A stretch of DNA of 64,000 nt from Klebsormidium nitens (taxonomy: Eukaryota > Plantae > Klebsormidiophyceae), in assembly GCA_000708835.1 (NCBI GenBank), contig DF237127.1, positions 1-64,000 of the forward strand, written 5' to 3'. The notes beneath the pieces were generated by a model. The model was not told the origin of the DNA and searched no databases. It saw only the letters and a program-made list of their open reading frames with translations. The stretch's first letter is position 1. Every line of letters starts with the position of its first letter. A program made the translations under genes and the position numbers. Positions 47,001 through 59,000 of this stretch are shown here, piece by piece.

Positions 47001-50000
47001 TGGCACGTGGTCAAAGTTCTTCTTGAAGACGGTCACCTGAAGGGTTTGAATGTTGAGGGAATTCAGCATTGAACAATCTACGAGGTGCGGGAGTAGCTGC
47101 CGTGTTACCTGGGGCCAGCCAACTGTAGCAAAGCGCGTCTAGCACGTGGTCAAAGTTCTGTTTGAAAAGGGTCACCCGACATATTCAAAAATAACTGGAT
47201 GTAAGAATCGAAAGAAATACGAGGTTCGAAGGAGCTGCTCTGATACTTGGGGTCAGCAAACCGTCCTCGCAATCCTACGCGAAGATTGGGAGACCTGAAA
47301 TCCACTTTGTCAAATGTGCCCCCAGCCTTGGCAATGGTATCTGCCACCTCCTGCAGATTGACGGCCTGTAGAGATTATCTCGTGTGAATAGTAGACTCCC
47401 TCGTGTGGACTAAATGTCAGGTTCTCCAAGCTCCGACCGAGCTAACAACGATCCGCTCGATGCTTCTTTCGTATTTGGGACCACCAGATGCACTTCAGAA
47501 ACCTGAGCAATCAACCGAGATTTGAAAGTCTTGCTGCACGGTAAAAGAAACATCTTAAGGAGATACTTACCCTTCCGCAAAGGGATCCTCCACATCGACC
47601 CGCTCGATGATCGTTTCGTAGTTCGGGAACACCTAATAAAAGGGAATTCGACATCCACTCACTCTAAGATTTCCTTGTAGTCGGCGACAAGGACCAGAAT
47701 CAATTCAAAAACCGGGTCTTCAAATCTTGCTGTACGGAGAAAGGACCTTGCGAAGGAACACTTACCTCCGCAAAGGGATCCCCCACATCGACCCGCTCGA
47801 TGATCGTTTCGTAGTTGGGGAACACTACCAGATCGACGTCAGGCGCAACCTCCTCCAGGAGCCGCGTCAGGGAGAAGTCTTCCGTGCCCTCGGGGCTCAG
47901 CAGCTCGTCGGTGTCAACGTGGATGATCCAGTCCATGCCCGCGTCCTGTTGACACCAAGAAAGAATGACTGACCGAGTGCTTGTCGGAGTGTGCCCAAAG
48001 ACTTTTGTATCTAAATACCTTCTTAGCTCTCGAAGGATAGCCTCGAAATATGCACACCGATCAGGGAAACGGTCCGACCGCACTCCATCGACACCTGATC
48101 AAGACAAGAAACGTTGACTTCTGGCGTTGCATCCTAATGCCGCCCTGTTGACGCCAAGAAAGAATGAATGACCGAATGCTTGTCGGAGTGTGCCCAAAGA
48201 ATGTCACAACCATTTCAAAGATTCTAACTCTCGGAGAGCCCNNNNNNNNNNNNNNNNNNNNNNNNNNNNNNNNNNNNNNNNNNNNNNNNNNNNNNNNNNN
48301 NNNNNNNNNNNNNNNNNNNNNNNNNNNNNNNNNNNNNNNNNNNNNNNNNNNNNNNNNNNNNNNNNNNNNNNNNNNNNNNNNNNNNNNNNNNNNNNNNNNN
48401 NNNNNNNNNNNNNNNNNNNNNNNNNNNNNNNNNNNNNNNNNNNNNNNNNNNNNNNNNNNNNNNNNNNNNNNNNNNNNNNNNNNNNNNNNNNNNNNNNNNN
48501 NNNNNNNNNNNNNNNNNNNNNNNNNNNNNNNNNNNNNNNNNNNNNNNNNNNNNNNNNNNNNNNNNNNNNNNNNNNNNAATCAAAACAAGAAACGTTGACT
48601 TCTGGCTTTGCATCGTAGTACCGCCCAGATCATTAAACCTATGGCGCTGCGTTCGTATGCGCTGCCGAGCACACTTTCTATCGGTGCATCGCAGATCATG
48701 CACTCTGCAGCGACCGAGCACGCGGAACGACTCGTTCGCGTCCGTCCAAGCGGTTCAAACTGGTTGTCTTCATTACGAACAAGCAAAATGGGCGTCGAAA
48801 ATGATGAGTCGTCGCAGTTCGCATGCCCTTACCCGCGCCATAACGATGGCCATCTCCATGTTGAGGCTCTGCTTCACAAACAGCTCGTAGTTGCACGGCT
48901 GGTAAAAGAAGCCCGACAGCCAGTTCTCGTTCCAGATGCGGCTGCAGAATACCGTCAAGCCTTTGGGGGACGTTGTGCTGTCCGCTATTTCATAACCAGG
49001 AGGCTGAATTGGAGTTGCGTGGCAACCCCTGTTCCCATACCAGATTATCGAGGCCGCACGACATTCGAACAGTTCAGAAGCACAAGCGGCGAGTATCTGC
49101 GGCCTGTTCTCAGCAGAAAACCTGAGGCCAAAGAAATCACATTGAATCGAAGAGGAGCGCGGCAGTGCAACATATTCGCCGAAAACCACCAATTCAGTTG
49201 TAGGCAGCTGCCAGTCTTGAACCTTCTCGTAAGCCTACTGCGACATTCTCAGACAAGCTCACGCAGATAACCACTTCCTCTGCAACTTTCCCATACCAAC
49301 TCCGGCACTTCGCTTCGGAGTTGACAGAATTAAGGTTGAGAAGCGCGCTTCTCGGGAGGGTTTCATTGGGCTGCTCGTCCCTCAAGCTTCTTGGACCGTC
49401 AGACGAGCTTGAACCCGGACTTGTATTCCTCCTACAATTCCCAGAGTGTTTTCTCTCACAAACCAGATTCTGTGGGTTTAGGCTGTAGTGGCCTAATGTT
49501 TCTCAAATTCCCTGCTCCGTCAGCAACTTACCAATCTACGTAGCTTACAAGAGCATCGACAATTTCGCTTTGTTCAAGCTTAGGAGCCGAGTGAGCGCTA
49601 GCCAAGCTCTTGGCCTAGCTCTTGCCTCTCGAGTTCCTTGCTCCGTTGGATGAGAATCGCCTTCAAAAGGTATTGTTGACCGTTTGTCACATGATTGTGA
49701 GAGTTTGTCCTCATGAGCGGGAATCCTGAGCAAGGATAGTCACCTTTTGGCCTGCTGATCCTCGAGCTCCTTGGTCCGTAAAATACGACGAGTTGTCTTT
49801 TTCGGAATGAAATCCTGAGCAAGGATACTCACCTTTTGGCCTGCTGATCCTCCAGCTCCTTAGTTCGTGGCACGAGCTTGACTCCCGGAATGCTTTCCAG
49901 GACTGTGGTACTGTTTGGCTGCGCGGCGCTCCCCTCGACGAACAGAAAGTAGGTGTTGACGCCGAGCGCCTTGTGATAGAAGAGCCACGGCAAGACCTGC

Positions 50001-52246
50001 ACGGGTTGTTTTTGCAGTTTGCATCAAATCTGTCACGTTTCACACGTTCAAACGTTCCGACGGGGTCTGCAGCCTGCACGACTTATTCTTAGCGGCCTGG
50101 CTGCACCAAAAAGCAAACTGCGACCCGGGTTCCCGCTTAGACAACCCGAAGCACAAAAGCAGTATTTTTACTGGGTTTTCGTACCGAGCGATAGCCTTCA
50201 GCGCAGGTGTCTCGAACAAGAGGTTACAAACCGTAAATGTGGTGAGGTTTGATGCGATCTGCAGTAGGATGAGTCACTTCGCACAAGATGGACGACATGT
50301 CTCCTAAAAGGAGCTCCGCCCCTCTAGACCTATGTTGTACATGCAAACAAATACAGGAGGCAGATCCGACAAATGAATCTGACGTTTCTATTCGGAGCCA
50401 ACACATGAGGCAGCCAGCGAGATTCTGCTGCAGGCCAAGTTATCATTGTGCCCTGAAGCGAAGGGGCTTTGAATTGGGAAGTCCAGACACAACGACTACA
50501 AATAGCAAGCAAGCAGAAGATGAATTGCTTCTTTCTCTCAGAAAGACAGGGACATAATTCGCGATACTCCACCAGCTTTGAAACCTAGGCAGCGGCCACA
50601 CCCTTATCTGGGGGCCCAACAAAGCAAGGCTCAGTCCGCTCAGTATTTTTTAGTCTGCTTTGTCCTCAAAACCACCACAATATATGGCCCAATCACCCCA
50701 CCTGATCCAGTCCTGCAGACGTGCTCGTGCAAATTGCCAGCTTCGGCCCCCCGGCAGAGACGTCTTGCAAAGACACGTTCACGCCGTTTGGGAAGACGGG
50801 CATCCGGCGTCCCCCGTCTCCGCTCTTTGAGCAGTCTAAGGCAACCTGGCCGGGAGCTTTTCCGGCACCCCCCGGAAACATCGGCTCTTCCACTCCGTAC
50901 AGCCGGGATAACCTCTTGGGGTCATCATAACCATCGCGCCTGTTAAGAAATAAACGGGTTTTCAGCCTTGTTATTCTGTCACATCAACAATTTCGCTCCG
51001 AAACTTGTGCTTTTGTTATGCCAGCCGGTCGAAGGCTGTAGCTCAATGAAAGGGAGTCTGCAGTCAGCATCCGTTCCAATACGCCAATAAGAAACATTAC
51101 TGACTTGTGTACTGCGGTGATAGGTCAGCTTGCTAAGGGCTATCGTTGATAAAGGATAAGGGCAAGGGCTCTGTACTGCAGGGTCACAGATTTACTTAGG
51201 ATCCAGACTGATGAGGATAAATTAACCTGGTGTGGCAAGTGAATTGCAGTTCGTAGCAAACCACAGAATGATCATATGCTTGTTTGTACTCTAATATCGT
51301 GCTTTCAAAGGAACCTCGACCGGGCCGCTTGATGCAGATTCGCCATTGAGCTGGAGAGACCATCCATAAGCTGGCGTGGATACATTACTAAAATGAAGGC
51401 AGGTCGAATCCACCTTCATCTCTCTTGCAGAGAGAGTGCAGAGTACTGAAACAAAGATTGTTTGAAGAGTAGCCCTAACAAAAAGAAGAGCTTGGGTGAT
51501 CTGAGCTTTCAACGATCCAGAACCAGCTCGCTCTCCCATCCAATGAATCCTTCAGCAAAGCAAGCTGCAAGGAAAGTTGACTTCCAGAGGGCCGCACAGA
51601 GAATTGCAAGTTAAACCTTTCAAGAGCTGATATTCGCTGCCTCGTAAGAGCACTTACTTTACATCTATCTTCAGCATGTTCATGTATTCAATTGGAATTT
51701 GGAGCCTGACTTAAGTGATAGCTAATCGAAGGGAGTTGACAACCGAATGAAGGAATGTGAAGTACAGAGGGATGATCATTGTCGCAGTCAACTTAACATC
51801 AACTGTAGGAGTGAGCTAAATAGGTGGTGGTACAGAAAAAACAGGCGCCCAAGATCACTTAAAAGCAGGGCTTCTTGTAAGCTCATGATGACATCAGGCT
51901 TCAAGGCAGTGCTTGTTATCCGAAGACTTTGGCTTCTAATGAACAGCATTTATCGTTGATGGACTTGGTGGCAAATTGTGAGCTGCGGACAAGGCAATGA
52001 AACAAACCTCTCATTATGGCTGTGTATTTGGGGACATCTCTGATCTTTTCAGGACCTGCTGCACAGAGGCTACTTAAAATGAAGAGAGCAGATTCCACAA
52101 CATCACTAACTTTCCAAGAGCACCATTGATTACTTCATAACAGCACCTTTGAATACTTACTGCTGCAGGAAGAAGGCAAACCCTGCCAGAAGCAGCGGCA
52201 GTGTTGTGATGGCGCAGAGGAGACGGGCCGGGCTTATCCCCACCAT
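44075..52246 (-). CDS. KOB1: KOBITO1/ELD1/ABI8-like glycosyltransferase-like protein, 9 coding exons
   Basis: Exons 52161-52246 (TM anchor [21 protein letters not shown]), 50702-50939 ([15 protein letters not shown]), 49833-49996 ([12 protein letters not shown]), 48833-48941 ([37 protein letters not shown]), 47766-47945 ([15 protein letters not shown], DxD motif), 46849-47036 ([26 protein letters not shown]), 46172-46313 ([18 protein letters not shown]), 45392-45523, 44075-44419. The start codon could lie further upstream because the frame is open to 52600. Confidence 0.93.
47450..48620 (-). repeat. Echoes of both ends of KOB1 exon 47766-47945; the acceptor-side array runs into the assembly gap
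   Basis: ACTTACC...CAAAGGGATCC...CACATCGACCCGCTCGATGATCGTTTCGTAGTT at 47760 and 47565; CTGTTGAC(A/G)CCAAGAAAGAATGA at 47946 and 48145; ATCAA(G/A)ACAAGAAACGTTGACTTCTGGC at ~48098 and ~48579 on either side of the gap. Confidence 0.88.
48242..48577. other. Assembly gap (336 N) inside a KOB1 intron
   Basis: Run of N; flanked by related repeat units. Confidence 0.99.
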
Positions 52247-53042
52247 GGACCTCAGCTTCTGGGCATGGCCCCGCAGTTGCAGACAGATTTCTAAAAGAGT
52301 TTCCGCTAGAATGAACACAAATGATCTTTTAAAACCAGTCCCCTCAAAGGTGGCGTTAATTGAGGCTTGCAACTGTGTATTCTGAAAGGCGCTGCCCCGC
52401 AAAAGATTCGGACCAATCGAGCTCAGAAAGATGGGGGCAATCAAAGCATCTCTAAACACAACATGCACAGCTTTTGGGAATTGAAATCTCGATGAGATTG
52501 TCCAGGGCCATCTCCAGCCTGCCTCCAGCTGCAACTTGCAAGGAGGCTCCCTCTTCGCAAGGAGAATTGCACGAGACTGTGCAGTGTGCAGGCTGTGCAT
52601 GGCATTGCTATGTACCTTTTATTATTTAGGATATTATTCAGAAACTAGATGCACCCCCATCGAGGAGGGGATGCAGGCAGTTGCAATTCTTGGGCAATCT
52701 CAGCCGTCCATCTTGTTTTCCAGTGAACAATTCACGGTTCAAAAGGTTGCTTTTCTCGTCAGACTCATACTCCACATGCACCCCCCTGATATCGAAACTT
52801 TTACGAAAACACAAGTCCATACCTAATTTTAGGGCATGCTGATCAAAGTCGGACTCCTACTCTCAGACTCAGAGTCAGAGGGGGCCTGGGCGGATTTGAA
52901 GCAGGTTGGGAAGGGAGGCTCTTGTGGTGGCAGATGCCTCCAACAATGAAGGCAGCGGAGAATTGAAGCAATTTATTGTAGGGTTTAGCAATTCGCTACC
53001 TATCTGGGCGAGTCGCCAAGTGATCATCTCTGCGGCGTCGCA
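52247..53042. promoter_or_regulatory. Head-to-head KOB1/STT3A intergenic region with telo-box (TAGGGTTT, 52979-52986)
   Basis: Divergent ATGs 796 bp apart. A minus-strand AG|GTATGG donor near 52822 suggests a KOB1 5' UTR exon, leaving a very short core promoter around the telo-box. Confidence 0.45.
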
Positions 53043-56000
53043 ATGGCGGAAGAAAGATCAGGGATCAAGAACAGCGGACTGAGCGCCGTCGTGTGCGCTT
53101 TCACGCTCCTGCTGATATGCATCATGGCGTTTGCCATCCGCTTGTTCTCGGTGAGTTGTCTTGCTGATATGCATAAGTCAGACGTATGCCACCAGAGATT
53201 TAGAGCTTGGACAGTAATGTGAAAGTAATATGGGTTGAGGGATTGCCTGCAATAGAATTGCACAATGCAGCTCATTGAGTACGTGCTGTGTGTTGATCTG
53301 CCTTCCGCACAGTCCATATACAGGCTGCAGGGAAGCATTGATTGAATAGGCGGATCCTTTTATTTCAATTGTAGATCCCAGGATGGCTGTAATAGAAGTA
53401 GGTAGTGGAAGTGCCGGGTGCATTTGTCAGTTTGGTTGGTGACACCACTCTCTCAATGCATAGAAGAAGTCGCAAGTACGCAATTGTGCAATTTCCTGTA
53501 TGTGGATTTCTGCCTGGAGTAATGCGTTCTGAAAATCGAGAATTCAGGATTTAACATTTAGCAATCAAACATGGGTAATGGTACAATGTTTTTCAACTGG
53601 CAATACGTCATATCGTGTGCGTCTGGAGCTCTTCAGATTGCACAACGTCATGTCGATCGCATCCCACGAAGTTTCTTGTGGGACCTTGCACTCCCACATT
53701 AATTGCCTGCAAGAAGAAAGACTACTCTCACAAGAACTGCATCTGCAACTGTTGTTCAAGGTGGTGGCATATTTGCAGTCGAAATAAAGATGAAGGTTGA
53801 GCATCTCAGAGTGCCAAACCCGATCATGTGCTCTATGTTGACGTTTGTGGCAGTGAAGGACATCTCTCAGGTAGGGAATCCTATCGCACCCTACAAACCT
53901 CTTCAGATGCTGATACAGATTTTGTAATGCCTTGCTCCCTGCAGGTGGTCAAGTACGAGAGCGTCATTCACGAGTTTGACCCGTACTTCAACCTCCGTGT
54001 ATCTCAGGTATGATCCGCTGTCCTTCTTTAAAGATCAGCGTTTCTTAAAAAGGGCAAAATCATCGATCCCTCGCTTCCGGTCAAGCCCCAAGTTGCTGTT
54101 GTCCATCGCAAGGCCTTCATTGCAGCATGGGGCCGGTTACTAGTTTGGGGGGATCATGGGCTGCCTTGGAATAGACTGTGATTATTGCAATGCTTGTGCG
54201 CTTCGTCACGTTATGACGGTGATCTGCGAAGTGCATCTGATGAGCAGATACTGGTCGACCTGCGTTGCACTTGAGATTGTACATTCTCCAATTCCAATTC
54301 CGTGGTTTGCAGTTCCTGGCGAAGAACGGCCCCTATGCCATGTGGAACTGGTTTGATGACCGGACGTGGTACCCCCTCGGACGTGTCATTGGTGGTACAG
54401 TGTACCCTGGACTCATGCTCACAGCTGGCACCATGTGGTGGTGAGGTCACCTGCATTTTGTCACATGCTCTCTGACTGCTCGTTGACGCCATTTGTTTGA
54501 CGAAGCGAGCATGTGGGTGGTGATTCCCCCTTTGAATGTACGCATCTCTCCAGCTGCTGTCTGTGCCTTTCTATGGACTATGCGCTGATTGCTTGTGCAA
54601 TCAGCGCATAGTGGTGACAAGTATAATCATTGGCTATAATATCTGCATTCTGTTGCTCTGCGCTATCTCGTCGACCCTCAAGCTTTGCATCGTGGATCTT
54701 ATCCGCTTCTGACAGGACTTGTGTATATCTTCAACTTTCCGTTTGTAAGAACACCCTGACAGGATCCATGTATATCTTCAGACTTGCCGTCTGGTTAGAT
54801 CACAAGCAGTCGTATCATGTTGTGCGGCTTATATGTTGTGGTGTTTCGTTGTGCAGGATTCTTAACAGCCTCCACATCACGATTGACATTGGGACAGTCT
54901 GTGTCTTCACATCCCCAATCTTTTCAGCCAACTGTGCCTGGGCGACTTTTCTCCTAACCAAGGTATGTCATACGCAACTTTCCTTCCTTGGATTGTTGTT
55001 TGCAACTCGCCTTCTTAATCTGAAAATGAAGCTGGTCAGAATCTAAAGCGGATCTTTGCAGGATTGCTCAAACGAGTGAGATCAGCTGATGGAACCACAC
55101 AATTGCACGCAGGTGGGACAGAATCTACCATATGGAAGACGTACTTAAACTGGGGACCTGAAGAGCATATTTGCAAGAATCAAAGCCTAAAGAATAACCG
55201 CTGGGACGACGAGCAGTTAGTCGCAGTGTTGTCATGCACCAAAGTACCGAGCAACCCTGTTTCTACTGCAACTACGAAAATTGCTTTGCCTTCACATTGC
55301 CTCGCTTTCTCAATCCGCTGCAGGAAGTCAAGGGCACAGGGGCGGGCTTGACAGCTGCGGCGCTCATTGCCACTGTTCCTTCCTACATCTCCCGCTCCGT
55401 TGCGGGGAGTTACGACAACGAGGGGATTGCGATCTTCGCACTCGTCTTTACTTTCTACCTGTACGTGAAGACACTCAACACGGGGTCGCTGTTCTGGGCC
55501 ACAGCCAATGCTCTGGCGTACTTCTACATGGTGAGAAGATGGCAAGCACTGAAACGTGCTCGAACAGACTGTTGATTGCTGAACTTATCAGAAGACTCGT
55601 TGCTTGGTTGCCCTTTGACCGCTGTAAATTCAGATGTTCAAAATGAGCGTCCTGTCCCCGATGTATATGCAGATGCTGTACGGGACAAGCCTCGGATAAG
55701 CCATCTTGAATACAGCTTCTCTGGAACAACCTGCCAGCTTCAGTGTCGACTATCCTGGACTAATTTCAGTCAGCAGCAGACTGACTAACTTAGACTAATT
55801 TTCCCACTTAAAGTGGCAGGATGGTCGGGGAAGCTGTAGTTAGCAATGTCGCTTAGCTCTCAGCAACTCAAAACTCACAAGGGTATACGGTGAGTGGCAC
55901 TGTTACATTTGTGGAATCGCAAAGAAATATGTCGGTCCAAGACGAAGCACGTTCCAGGAAGATTTGGGCAAGTGATCATGAGAGGGGCAGAGAATGACGA

Positions 56001-59000
56001 GAACAGGACAGAGGAACTGACCCGATCGATTTTTTGGATTATCGCTCATCTTGAGCTCTGGCTCCAATTCACTGCAGGTGTGCTCTTGGGGAGGCTACAC
56101 CTTCATCATCAACTTGATCCCCATCCACATGCTGGCCTGCCTGCTGGCTGGCAAGTACAGCGCACACCTGTACATAGCCTACGCCCCATTCGTAAGTCGC
56201 CTTTCCTACATATTACTATCTCAAAACGGAAACTCTCTGTATCCTGCGCAACTGATGAAGCGAACGCATGAATATCCAGTTCGCTTGCGTCTCAGCTACA
56301 CTACAGTGTGACGGAAGGATCTTTTCATCTGGGAATCAGTTCTCGGTGTTCCTTGAGGCACCCCCAAACAAGTGAGGAATTTCAGTCCATGCAAAGGCTT
56401 ACAATTGACAGTCCTTAATGTGCACTGTAGAGTCACTTAGCTTTGGGCTTTCAAGCAACTCGCAAACAGAAGCTGACATCGTTTGAAAGCTGATTAGTTC
56501 GTTGCCTGCTTCCTGTGCAACGCAGATCATCTTCGGAACGCTGCTGGCCGCCTCGGTGCCTGTCGTGGGCTTCAACGCCGTGATGACGTCAGAGCACTTC
56601 GCCTCCGTCCTGGTGTTTGCGGTGCTCCACGTGTTCGCCCTCGTGGCGTATCTCAAGAGGACGCTTCCGCCGGCCGCGCTCAAGGCCGCTACTGCAGCCA
56701 TCCTCACCATTGGAGCGTGAGTATCTCACTTCTTTTCTTTACAGAAAATCGTGTGGCCTGCTTTTGAGTTGTGTCTGCTCTTTTTCGTCTTTCTAGACGC
56801 ATATTCCGGTGCAGCAAGATTCCAGTTCTTGTTGTAGAGAGACGGTTTACCAGTCCTCCACAGTTTCCTCAAGAGTATGGTCGCCAAACGAGCGTTGCTG
56901 GAGTGACGTCAAATACAGGGAGAGTGATGCTGCTTCGGATAACCCAGTCCGCCTCAAGTTTCATGCTCAAGGAGTGGGAGAAAGCTGGGACCTGATTTGG
57001 GACCCGGAACCTGTTTCTGGTGTTTCGAATTGATACGATGTTATGACGTATGCCGCCAAATCAGGCACGACATTATTTGTGTGGGCAACTCCGGATTGTT
57101 CTATAGTCTTCTTCCATAGGATCCAAGATTTTTTTATTTGTAAACACTGCAAGCTATGTTCCTATGGTTCCGCAGTGTGGGTACGGGAGGGGGATGACGA
57201 AAGCCCCAAAAGGGATAAAGACGAAACCAAAACAGTCTTGATCCCGCGTGTGCAGAGTCGGCGCTGCTGCATTTGCCTTCCTGCTAGTGGGCCTTGTCGC
57301 GGCGAGCCCGACGCTTGGCTGGAGTGGACGCAGTCTCAGTCTGCTTGACCCGTGAGTGAACCACTTTTCGCTTCCTTTACTTCTCCCGTTCTTTTTCGGG
57401 GCAATGCTTCAATCCTCTGTTGTTAGTACGGCTACTTTTGGAGTCCACAAAAGGGCGACGGAAAGTGCCCTCAAGAACGGAAGTGACGGGCGTTATTGAG
57501 ATGCTCTCAGGATTTCGATTAGTCGATAATGCGAAGTCATAAGACTTTTCCACGTACCCTTGTGCTTTTGATGCGATATGGGAAGCATCTGTGTCGGCTA
57601 CCAACAGCTTCGAAGCCGCACAGAGTTCGACGATTTCGATATCAGCAATGAGACGCTAATGCCCATCCGCCCAGGCCCTCTCGTAAAAAAACTTGTGCGG
57701 GGAAGTACTTCTCAATCATCCTCAGCCTCCGTCTGGTTCAAAAAGTGCCTTTGCGCTCCAAAAAGCGTGCCAAATCAAAAGGAGACGGAAAGAAAGCGGA
57801 CGAGAGCTGTTGTTTCCCCAGGGCTCCTCTTCGCAGGATGTATGTTGGTAATAGAATCTCCATCCTTGCATGCTCTCCGTCTCTCCATCCACCAAGCGAG
57901 CCAGAAGCCAAGCCAAACAACAAAGAGAACGCTCGAGAAATGTGAACATCTTGTCCCCTGTCATTTGCAGGACGTACGCTGGCAAGTACATCCCCATCAT
58001 TGCCAGCGTCAGCGAGCATCAGCCCCCCACGTGGCCGTCCTACTTCATGGACCTGCACGTGCTCATCCTCCTTATCCCCGCCGGCATCGCTGTGAGTGTA
58101 CCTATGAAACTCTTGACTCTCTCACCTGCTGCCAATACCATGGTTGACGGTCAGCAAAGCGGCGCCCGTTCCACAGCGCCCTCTGGTCGATACTCAACTA
58201 TGTAATAGCAGCTAAAAAAGCTATTTTTCTTTTCACGGTCGACGCATTAGTATGTGAATCAGCCTACTAACGGAGGGAATTGACGCCGAGCTTCCGAAGT
58301 ACTTCTGAGCACCAGGACCTGCTGAGCGGTTGCGCCATTTGATGAAATGCGGCGCTGGTGCATCACTGAAACTCCGAGAATTATCAAGGGGAACCGAGTT
58401 CGACCCCCGGGAACGCGACAACCGCCTCGCCCTTGATGGCGTGCTTCAATCCGCTGTCCCACCTGTTTGCATTCCTTTTCCTCTGAAGCTTCCACAGGGC
58501 TGAAATCAGAGGAGAACGAAGGGGAGCTCAGGAACCAGTGTCGTGCGGTCATTCAAACGGCAGAACAAGACGGATACGAGGAACATCAATTCGCGCTAAC
58601 CATTCAATATTCTGCAGGCGTGCTTTATGCCGCTCTCGGTCCCGTCCGCGTTCCTCATCCTGTACGGCGTCGTTTCCGTCTACTTCTCCGGCGCCATGGT
58701 GCGCCTCATGCTAGTTCTCGCGCCCGCCGCCTGCATCCTGGCCGGGATCGGGCTCTCCGAGGGCCTCCACGTGTTTGCGCGCTCCCTCAAGCACGGCGTG
58801 GTCAACATGAAGGAAGAGATTGCCAAGGCTGGGGAAGAAGACGAGGACGAGGTAAGAGCGGCTGGCTTCCCTTTTGGGTCTACATAAATCCACTTCTGGA
58901 ATGGACGGACGAAACGCGACTGCTGTTGTGCTTTACTAGACAAGAAGCAGGACACGGTTGGGTGCATCGTCCTCCATCTGAGGGACACGCAAAAAGGACG

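Noticed and set aside
48164-48721. ORFs of 142-165 aa around 48.2-48.7 kb
   Set aside because: Artefacts of translating through the N gap.
46720-55880. Short shared motifs between 46720-46800 and 55757-55840 (GCAGG(A/T)TGGTCGGG(A)GAAGCTGTA; GACTAATTTCA)
   Set aside because: Matches are about 25 bp, in mixed orientation and without defined termini; too little to call an element.
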